From the NCBI RefSeq assembly GCF_013365475.1, contig NZ_CP046579.1:480001-512000 (forward strand): a stretch of 32,000 bases of DNA. The letters are read 5' to 3'. Both the position numbers and the translations under genes were made by a program. The DNA comes from Candidatus Saccharimonadota bacterium (GTDB lineage: Bacteria > Pseudomonadota > Alphaproteobacteria > Rickettsiales > Anaplasmataceae). This document shows, piece after piece, positions 19,072 to 27,242 of the stretch (positions are counted from its first letter, which is position 1; each line of letters opens with the position of its first letter). The notes under the pieces were generated by a model. That model was not told the DNA's origin. It saw only the letters and a list, made by a program, of their open reading frames with translations, and did not search any database.

Positions 19072-21612
19072 ATGCTAGAAGGAAAGTACAGTTTTAAAGA
19101 AATTGAAGTTAAATACAACACATTGTGGGAGAGAAGTCAAATTTACAAGTGGAATGGGAAAAAGGGCAACACCTTTACTATAGATACACCTCCTCCAACG
19201 ATATCAGGTAAATTGCATATTGGGCATATATTTAGCTATTGTCATACAGATTTTATTTCAAGGTTTCAACGTATGCTTGGGAAAGATGTATTTTTCCCAA
19301 TTGGATTTGATGATAATGGACTTCCTACTGAAAGATTGGTAGAGCAAGCCTATAAGACTAGCGCAAAAGAAATTGGTAAAGAGAGGTTTATAGAAATGTG
19401 CCTTAAAATTATTGAAGGCTCAAAGCAGGAATTCAAGGAATTGTTCAAATCAGTTGGTATTAGTTACGACTGGAGTCTGGAATATCACACAATTAGCAAA
19501 GAAACTGTTGCACTTTCCCAAATGTCGTTTATTGATTTGTATAACAAAGGGTATGCATACAGAAAAATGCAACCAATTGTTTGGGATCCAGTTGATAAAA
19601 CTGCAATTGCACAAGCAGAAATAGAAGATAAAGTTTTTGATTCGTCCTTGAATACGATAGTATTTTTTACTGAAAAAAATGAGCAAATTAAGATAACAAC
19701 TACACGTCCTGAACTGCTTTTAGCGTGCGTTGCAGTTTTCTGTCATCCAGAGGATGTACGCTACACTCATTTGATTGGAGAAATAGCTGTAGCACCAATA
19801 ACAGGAGCAAAAGTTCCAATAATAGCTGATGATAGGGTAAAAACAAATAAAGGTACTGGGCTTGTTATGTGTTGTACCTTTGGTGATGAACTAGATATAT
19901 ATTGGCAGCATAAGTACAATTTACCATTGAGAATTATTATTGATCATGATGGAAAGATAAATCTAGGTTCAGATTACCTGAATAATATATTCCAATATCA
20001 AGGTGATAGAGTAACAGGGGAAATGGCTACTTGGATGATGAAAAAGGATGTTATACATGATTCTAGAATCCTTAATGAGATCAATAGACTAGAAGTTGAA
20101 ATAGCAAGAAGAAGAATAATTGAGATTCTAACTGATAAGGGATTCTTGACAGAAAGTATTAATATCTCTCATTCTGTGAAATGTGCAGAAAGATCTGGTG
20201 CTCCTCTTGAAATACTGCCTACTTACCAATGGTTTATCAAGATCATGGATCAAAAAGCTCAGGTATTGGATAAAGTTAGGGAATGCAATTGGCACCCAAG
20301 CAATATGCGTAAACGTATGGAGATGTGGATAGAGGGGCTAAATTGGGACTGGTGTATTTCAAGACAGCGTTATTTTGGTGTGCCGTTTCCAGTATGGTAT
20401 TCAAAACGCAAAGGAGAGGAAGGCCAAGTTATCCTACCTAATATAAAGGATTTACCTATTGATCCACTCAAAGACTTACCAAATGGGTATAGTAAAGAAG
20501 AGGTTATTCCAGATCAAGACGTTATGGATACTTGGGCTACAAGTGCAATTACTCCTCAGTTAAACGCGTTGGCAGTAAACAATGAGTTCTATTTACCAGG
20601 ACATCGATACGATAAGATATTTCCTGCTGACCTGCACAGTCAAAGCTACGAGATAATAAGAACTTGGGCATTTTATACGATTTTGAAAGCACATTACCAT
20701 GCAAATTCATTGCCATGGAAAAATATTATGATCAGTGGATGGTGTTTATCTGATGATAAAAAAAAGATGAGTAAATCAAAGGGAAATGTTATTACCCCTC
20801 ATACAGTACTTAATAATCATGGTGCTGATGTAGTACGCTATTGGGCAGCAAATTCAAGACTTGGAGCTGACACAGTTTACTCTGAGAATATATTAAGAAT
20901 CGGGAAACGTCTCATTACAAAGCTTTGGAATGCAAGCAAGTTTGTTTCCATGTTTATGGAAAAGCACCAACCAATGAGTATAAACTTTGTCAGTGAGACA
21001 ATGGATAAGTGGATATTGTCTAAGCTATATAAAGTTATAGAGGAGACAACAAATGATCTACTGCAGTTCAAGTACTGTGAGGCTTTAAGTACAGTAAAAG
21101 AATTCTTTTGGAAGGATTTTTGTGATAATTACTTAGAGCTAGTAAAAAAACGTGCATATGGTGATTCAGTTAGCAACAAGGAAAACTTGAGTGCTAAACA
21201 GAGTTTGACATATGCATTAAATATTATTCTTCGGTTATTTGCCCCCTTTTTGCCATATATTACAGAGGAAATATACCATCAGTTGTATAGCTATAATTCT
21301 GTACATAAACAAAGCAATTGGCCTGATAGAGAAGAACTTATCTATGATAAATTCTCTGAAGAAATGGGGCGCAATTTTGTGCAAATATTAAATCTTGTGA
21401 GAGAAATAAAGACAAATAACACTGTATCAGTCAAGCACCCGGTAAAAAAATTGATGATAAAAGGGAATTTACAAGATGATAAGTTAAATCTGTCTGCGCA
21501 GAATGATTTGCAGACTGTATGCAACGCTGAAGCGATACAGTGGAGTGATGATATACACTCAGGACTTGAGACTGAAAATAAAAAGTTTATTGTAAGAGTA
21601 TGTTTATATTAA
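19072..21612 (+). CDS. valS: Valine--tRNA ligase, 846 aa
   Basis: HIGH-type motif (PPTISGKLHIGH), an editing-domain motif (GTGLVMCCTFGD), a KMSKS motif (KMSKSKGN) and a C-terminal anticodon-binding region. Confidence 0.95.
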   Translation: MLEGKYSFKEIEVKYNTLWERSQIYKWNGKKGNTFTIDTPPPTISGKLHIGHIFSYCHTDFISRFQRMLGKDVFFPIGFDDNGLPTERLVEQAYKTSAKEIGKERFIEMCLKIIEGSKQEFKELFKSVGISYDWSLEYHTISKETVALSQMSFIDLYNKGYAYRKMQPIVWDPVDKTAIAQAEIEDKVFDSSLNTIVFFTEKNEQIKITTTRPELLLACVAVFCHPEDVRYTHLIGEIAVAPITGAKVPIIADDRVKTNKGTGLVMCCTFGDELDIYWQHKYNLPLRIIIDHDGKINLGSDYLNNIFQYQGDRVTGEMATWMMKKDVIHDSRILNEINRLEVEIARRRIIEILTDKGFLTESINISHSVKCAERSGAPLEILPTYQWFIKIMDQKAQVLDKVRECNWHPSNMRKRMEMWIEGLNWDWCISRQRYFGVPFPVWYSKRKGEEGQVILPNIKDLPIDPLKDLPNGYSKEEVIPDQDVMDTWATSAITPQLNALAVNNEFYLPGHRYDKIFPADLHSQSYEIIRTWAFYTILKAHYHANSLPWKNIMISGWCLSDDKKKMSKSKGNVITPHTVLNNHGADVVRYWAANSRLGADTVYSENILRIGKRLITKLWNASKFVSMFMEKHQPMSINFVSETMDKWILSKLYKVIEETTNDLLQFKYCEALSTVKEFFWKDFCDNYLELVKKRAYGDSVSNKENLSAKQSLTYALNIILRLFAPFLPYITEEIYHQLYSYNSVHKQSNWPDREELIYDKFSEEMGRNFVQILNLVREIKTNNTVSVKHPVKKLMIKGNLQDDKLNLSAQNDLQTVCNAEAIQWSDDIHSGLETENKKFIVRVCLY

Positions 21613-22158
21613 TTTTTGTTTTGCATAGAGTCGTTTTGACTTTCTTTGTGATTAAGCTAATAGCTACGTGGTGCTTGTGAAGAGGTGATATGAATAGATA
21701 GACTAATAAAGCTATATCTTAACTTTTTATTACCTTGAATAGTCAATCAGTAATGCTTCCATTATCACTTACATTTTGTCCTTACCTCAATTTCGTTCTT
21801 TGAATGAAGCTTTTTTGTTACTTTAAGTATATCTTCATTTCTTTTTATATCTATTCATTCTGAATATAAGGAAACTGGCAGAGATGAGAAAATGGGCTAG
21901 AAAAGAACGTAGATTATAGCTAAAGTAACTTTAGAAAAAAGAGCTAGGAAATTGCAAATATAATAAGTGGAATTAATCAGTTAAATAATTCTACTAAAAA
22001 AGAGAGTTTAGGAAGTAAAGTTGAAGAATTAAACCAAAGGAATAGCAAATTGGCATATAGCAAAAAAATAGATGGTGCTCTAAAAGAGTCAGTGATGAGT
22101 TGCAAAATACAATAATCATCCTATAGTTTATTATAAAAGCATTAAGAAAAAATATATA

Positions 22159-22836
22159 ATGAACCCAATAGTATGTGCACTAGACACGCAAGATTTAAAT
22201 GAAGCCATATTTTTGGCTAATGTTCTGCGTGGTAAAATTGGTATGATAAAACTTGGGTTAGAATTCTTTGCTACCTACGGACCTTCTGGAGTGAGAAAAG
22301 TTGCAAAATGCAATATACCAATTTTTTTAGATCTGAAATTGTATGACATACCAAATACTATAACTAAAACTGTCAAAGCAGTGAAAGCTTTGGGTGTTGA
22401 GGTATTAACATTACACATTAGTGGTGGAACAAGGATGCTAAAAGAAGCTCTAAATGTAGTGAATGATACAAAAATGGAATTAATTGGAGTAACAGTACTA
22501 ACTAGTATTAGTAATGAGGATCTAAGCGAGCTTGGAGTAGTAAGTGAAACAAAATCACAAGTAATTTTACTGGCAAAGCTTGCAAAAAAAATTGGTTTAC
22601 ATGGAGTAGTCTGTTCTGCACTGGAAACACAGGAAGTGCGTAAAGAGTGTGGGAAAGACTTTAAAATCATTACTCCAGGAATTCGCATAGATCATGATTT
22701 TGATGACCAAAAAAGAACTGCAACACCAAAAGAAGCCATAGATTCAGGAGCTGATTATATTGTAATTGGTAGGCCTATTACCAAAAGCATCAGCCCTAGA
22801 AATAGTGTAGAACTAATACTAAAATCATTGGCTTGA
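22159..22836 (+). CDS. pyrF: Orotidine 5'-phosphate decarboxylase, 225 aa
   Basis: It has the motifs ...IFLDLKLYDIPNT... (DxKxxDIxxT) and ...ADYIVIGRPIT.... The 137-aa minus-strand ORF 22275-22688 is an antisense shadow. Confidence 0.93.
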   Translation: MNPIVCALDTQDLNEAIFLANVLRGKIGMIKLGLEFFATYGPSGVRKVAKCNIPIFLDLKLYDIPNTITKTVKAVKALGVEVLTLHISGGTRMLKEALNVVNDTKMELIGVTVLTSISNEDLSELGVVSETKSQVILLAKLAKKIGLHGVVCSALETQEVRKECGKDFKIITPGIRIDHDFDDQKRTATPKEAIDSGADYIVIGRPITKSISPRNSVELILKSLA

Positions 22837-23833
22837 TTGAGGATAGAAAAGGTACATGATATCTAAAAAGAGGTACTATATCCACCATCCATATGTAATA
22901 TACTGTTTTGGTTAATTAGCAGTACGGTACTTATTTTCTCTTTTTAAGGAGAGAGGAGGTTTATATGCAAAGGTAGCTCTTCATCAAGAAAAAGAGATAA
23001 AACACTTTCTTAACTCTATCCTTAAAGGAGTAAGTTATTATATACTTATCAATGAAAAGGGTATGAGTGATTTTCTACAGTATACAAATTTTCTAATCAG
23101 GTACCTTATACATGAAATACGAGGTATTGAATTGTACTATGAGAGATATAGCCATGCTAGTATATCAGAAGCGGTAAAAAGTTTAGGAGTAGATGATGAG
23201 ATGGCAGCACTGATCTAAACCGATCTTACAAGAGATACTGTATACCACCTTAAAAGGTTTTATTAAACTTTACAAATTACGCGTTCAACATCAAATGTTG
23301 TGGAAGTTGTTTTATAGACGCATTTGTTAACGTTAAGAGTCAAAGTAAAAAAGGTTGTAAATTTTTAATAAGGGTTCTTCTGGCTTGTGAAGTAAAAATG
23401 GTTCTAATAAAATAGGGTGAGTTAAATCTGACAAGCTAAAACTTGTACAGTATATATTGAATTACTAAAATTTCAAGGAGGCCACGTGTTTAGCAAATAA
23501 GCCTTTACTTTAAGTTCAATACATTTCAGAAAAAAATAGGAGCATACAATATATCGATTTTCTGTTATACTGCTGTAATGTATAATTTTTACTAATTATT
23601 AAATGGTAGCCTAAAATAATGAGGCTATTATTAGGTAGAAGAGAGACAAGGGTTGCACTGTGTACTTTTTATATAAATAAAACTTAATCTTTTTAATTAC
23701 TTATAGCTGAATATATTAGTGAGGAGATTGTAAATATCACAATATTACTAAATAGTTAAAAATCACAAGCTCAAATAAGAATGATATGCTATTATCGGAT
23801 AGGCTGCTGCTGTTTAAGCACCTTATCAACTCA
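22837..23833. other. 997-bp spacer between pyrF and hemF 3' ends (contains the candidate pseudogene above)
   Basis: No track ORF of 60 codons or more. A second orphan SD (AAGGAGG, 23475-23481) is followed by GTG and only 4 codons. Confidence 0.5.
22953..23218 (+). pseudogene. Candidate frameshifted small gene: strong RBS + ATG + stop after 3 codons, then an ~82-codon open frame in a shifted frame
   Basis: GAGGAGG (22953-22959), a 5-nt spacer, then ATG CAA AGG TAG (22965-22976). A stop-free frame runs from 22916 to the TAA at 23216-23218: ...AKVALHQEKEIKHFLNSILKGVSYYILINEKGMSDFLQYTNFLIRYLIHEIRGIELYYERYSHASISEAVKSLGVDDEMAALI. Its only in-frame ATG is at 23063 (51 codons). Confidence 0.3.
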
Positions 23834-24658
23834 CTACAACCACTTAACTAAAGGTGGCATTGACATCATAATAGCATCTGGATCACCATCAGTCATCAAA
23901 CCAAACCTTGTACCGCGATCATAAAGTAGGTTGAATTCTACATACCTGCCACGTTTTATTAATTGCGCATCTCGCTGCTCTTTTGTCCAAGGCTTTTTCA
24001 TATGTTGATATATGATACGCAAATAAATTTTTAAAAAGGTTTCTCCTACTGTTTTTATAAACTTGAAATCATTTTCCCAGTTACCAGAATTAAGATTGTC
24101 GTAAAAAATTCCACCAATGCCACGTGGCTCTTTTCTGTGTTGTAAAAAAAAGTATCTGTCACATTCTTCTTTAAATTTTGGATAATATGTAGAATCAAAT
24201 TCATCACATGTTGTTTTAATTGACTCATGAATGTACTGGTAGTCTTCCTTATCTTCATATGTTGGAGTAAAGTCTATTCCTCCACCAAACCATTGCTTTG
24301 ATGTATATATTAGTCTTGTGTTCATATGTGCTGCAGGAACAAGGGGTGATTGCATGTGAGATACTAAAGATATACCACATGCCCAAAATTTCCCATCACT
24401 CTCATTTGCGCCAGGAATTTCATTTATAATTGAATCTATAAACTTTCCGTATACTTTTGAAACATTTACTCCTACTTTCTCAAAAATTTTACCATAAATA
24501 ACTGTGGATTCACCACCTCCGCCACCTGGACGATTCCACTTCTTTTTTTTAATTTTAGGATTTACAGATGACTGTCCTTCAACCAATAAAAAAGACTCCA
24601 AAATTTTATCTCTTAGCGTACAGAACCACTCAAAAGCTAGCATTTTTTGTTCTTTCAT
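23834..24658 (-). CDS. hemF: Oxygen-dependent coproporphyrinogen III oxidase, 274 aa
   Basis: WNRPGGGGGESTVI...SLVSHMQSPLVPAAHMNTRLIYT...WFGGGIDFTPTY...RGRYVEFNLLYDRGTRFGL is a canonical HemF sequence. Confidence 0.93.
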   Translation of the reverse strand: MKEQKMLAFEWFCTLRDKILESFLLVEGQSSVNPKIKKKKWNRPGGGGGESTVIYGKIFEKVGVNVSKVYGKFIDSIINEIPGANESDGKFWACGISLVSHMQSPLVPAAHMNTRLIYTSKQWFGGGIDFTPTYEDKEDYQYIHESIKTTCDEFDSTYYPKFKEECDRYFFLQHRKEPRGIGGIFYDNLNSGNWENDFKFIKTVGETFLKIYLRIIYQHMKKPWTKEQRDAQLIKRGRYVEFNLLYDRGTRFGLMTDGDPDAIMMSMPPLVKWL

Positions 24659-24761
24659 GATGTTTTACAATATGCCAAAAATTCTAATGGAAATTGTATA
24701 TCAAAGGTGTTAATAAGTCTATAGTAATTAAAAGGTATAATGAAGTATTGTTATACGTAAA

Positions 24762-27242
24762 ATGAGTAAAAGATATATAGACAGCAAGAAGGAAAATAGA
24801 GTCGACTTCATATTAAGAAATCATGGGATGTCACTCAAGATTAGTGCAGTCATTATGATCTTACCTTCAATAATAATATCAGCACTCTATTTTTTAGATA
24901 CATATGATTGCTCTATTAATATAGAGATTAATATGCTAGTTAGCATCTTCACGACTTTTTTTATGATATATAATGCAAAGCGTTATAGGCATCTGCTTAG
25001 TATTACAGAATTCCAAAATGCAATATTTGCAAGTGCACTCAATCATAATACAGAGTTTTGTCTTATCTTACACAAAGATGATGGTGTTATTTATGCTGAT
25101 GCCAGATTCTATGAGAGGTTCAAGGAATACATAGATAATGATATTACACTAAGCAAGATTCTAGAAGTAGGAAACCTTTCAGAGAAAGATAAAAAAGCAT
25201 TATATCATGCACTAAAAAATAACTCTTCTGTGCAGTTACGTATTGCTTTAGGTAAGAAAAATAGGACATCCAATTTTCTCTTGCTTTTTGACCCAATACC
25301 AGATAATCACCAAGTTGCTCTGGATAATAATAAAGTTCTAAACCTCTCATTAGCGCCAATAGCAAGACCTCACGGGTATTTTGTACTAAAAGCAATACAG
25401 ATGAACAAAGAGCAAGTATATGAAGAATTAATAGAAAAGCACAATATAGGAACTTACATTGCAAATGCTAAAGGAGTAATTTTATCTGTAAATAGAAGGT
25501 TTTTAGATATGTTTGAGTTGAGAAAATTTGAGAAGGGAAGTTCAATCAATGATTTTATGTTTCAATCTAATTATAGTAATACAGCAACTGGTAATGAGAT
25601 TTCATTTTGTACTGTAAGTGGTGTCCCATTTAAAGCTTATATGAGTACTGCTATGTTTTGTGATAAACATAGTCACAACTATATATATGGTTTAATTACA
25701 CCAATTGAATCAAATGTAGTTGACTATCAACTGCATCCATGTTTTGCAAATTCATCAATTGCTATTGCACAATGTGATTCAAGTGGAAATTTCATAAAGA
25801 AAAATACAGCGCTAATAAAACTTGCAGGTTCAGATACTAACTCAATTTTTACATTAATATCAGATAATTATCATATGAAAATACGTGAATACTTTTCTAG
25901 CAACAGGATAAATAATGCATCCTTTGATGTACAGCTTAGCAACAATGATAATATGAGGATATACTTCAACAAATTTCTCCACAGTAGGGTCATGTTTATA
26001 CTTTGCTATTTTGTTGACAATACCGAGCATAGAAACCTAGAAATAAAGCTTGAGCATTATCAAAAAATGCAAGCTATAGGTCAGTTAGCAGGTGGTATTG
26101 CACATGATTTTAACAATATATTGACTGGGATAATAGGGTTTTGTGATTTGCTTTTACTTCAGCACTCAGCTGGCGATCCATCTTTTGGAGACATAATACA
26201 GATACAACAAAACGCAAAGCGTGGATCAAATTTAGTTAAGCAGCTGCTTGCCTTTTCAAGGAGGCAGACCATGCAACCAAAAATTATTGATGCGAATAGT
26301 ATAATAGCCAACCTCTATGAGATGATAAAAAGGTTGATAGGAGAGAATATAAAATTCACTGCCTATTACGGTGGAGATTTAGGGATGGTTAGAGCTGATC
26401 AAGGGCAGTTAGAACAAGTTATTATTAATCTTGTGGTTAATGCTAATGCTGCCATGGAAAAGGGAGGGGAATTGACCATACGAACTTTTAATAAAAAAAT
26501 TGACTCGTTAAATTCTACACCTAGGAATATGTTTTCTCCAGACAAAGATGGTATTGAACATGGGAATTATGTTGTGATTGAAGTAATCGATACAGGATGT
26601 GGAATGAAGAGTGATACAATTCAGAAGGTATTTGACCCATTCTTTTCTACTAAAGATATTGCTTCTGGTACTGGTCTTGGCCTTTCCACTGTATATGGTA
26701 TCATTAAGCAAACTGAAGGGTATATCTATGTTGCTAGTAAAGTCGACTGTGGAACTAAATTTAGTATATTTTTACCTATGGTTTATGTTTCAGATGAAAA
26801 TAATATAGAGAAAGATACTGAAGAAATAGAAAAACCAGTAGTAAATGAAGTTAAGAGCAATGGCACAATTTTGTTAATTGAAGATGAGGATTCAGTTAGG
26901 GAATTCACTACTAAAACACTACAAAGAAAGGGGTTTGATGTGATAGAAGCTAGTATGGGAAGTCAGGCACTAAAAATAATAAGTAAAAAAAGTCAACATA
27001 TAGACCTAATAATTACTGATGTCATAATGCCAGAAGTTAGTGGTCCAGAAATAGTCAAAGAAGCCTTAATCCATAGACCAAATATTAATGTCATTTTTAT
27101 TTCTGGGTATGCTGAAGATGCTTTTCTAAAGAATGGCAATGTTAATATAGAAGATTTCCACTTTTTGCCAAAACCATTCACTCTAAGTGAATTGGGAAAC
27201 AAAGTTCAAAGTGTACTGCATAAAGTAGAAAAAACAGTTTAA
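24762..27242 (+). CDS. cckA: Hybrid sensor histidine kinase/response regulator, CckA-like, 826 aa
   Basis: Two N-terminal hydrophobic helices and PAS-like repeats. It has an H-box (GQLAGGIAHDFNNILTGIIGF), an N-box (NLVVNANAAM), G1 (DTGCGM) and G2 (GTGLGLS). The C-terminal receiver domain reads ILLIEDEDSV...LIITDVIMPEVSG...PKPF. Confidence 0.85.
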   Translation: MSKRYIDSKKENRVDFILRNHGMSLKISAVIMILPSIIISALYFLDTYDCSINIEINMLVSIFTTFFMIYNAKRYRHLLSITEFQNAIFASALNHNTEFCLILHKDDGVIYADARFYERFKEYIDNDITLSKILEVGNLSEKDKKALYHALKNNSSVQLRIALGKKNRTSNFLLLFDPIPDNHQVALDNNKVLNLSLAPIARPHGYFVLKAIQMNKEQVYEELIEKHNIGTYIANAKGVILSVNRRFLDMFELRKFEKGSSINDFMFQSNYSNTATGNEISFCTVSGVPFKAYMSTAMFCDKHSHNYIYGLITPIESNVVDYQLHPCFANSSIAIAQCDSSGNFIKKNTALIKLAGSDTNSIFTLISDNYHMKIREYFSSNRINNASFDVQLSNNDNMRIYFNKFLHSRVMFILCYFVDNTEHRNLEIKLEHYQKMQAIGQLAGGIAHDFNNILTGIIGFCDLLLLQHSAGDPSFGDIIQIQQNAKRGSNLVKQLLAFSRRQTMQPKIIDANSIIANLYEMIKRLIGENIKFTAYYGGDLGMVRADQGQLEQVIINLVVNANAAMEKGGELTIRTFNKKIDSLNSTPRNMFSPDKDGIEHGNYVVIEVIDTGCGMKSDTIQKVFDPFFSTKDIASGTGLGLSTVYGIIKQTEGYIYVASKVDCGTKFSIFLPMVYVSDENNIEKDTEEIEKPVVNEVKSNGTILLIEDEDSVREFTTKTLQRKGFDVIEASMGSQALKIISKKSQHIDLIITDVIMPEVSGPEIVKEALIHRPNINVIFISGYAEDAFLKNGNVNIEDFHFLPKPFTLSELGNKVQSVLHKVEKTV

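Noticed and set aside
22275-22688. 137-aa minus-strand ORF inside pyrF, and similar nested ORFs inside rmuC, dac, pheT, metG, rpiB-ubiG, dnaG, valS, hemF, cckA, dnaJ and pdhB
   Set aside because: All are antisense to, or out of frame with, genes that have strong family signatures. None has an SD motif or a recognisable domain.
24710-24731. TTAA...TTAA pair in the hemF/cckA divergent spacer, considered as a CtrA box (TTAA-N7-TTAA)
   Set aside because: The spacing is 14 nt, not 7, and TTAA is too frequent here for this to be informative.
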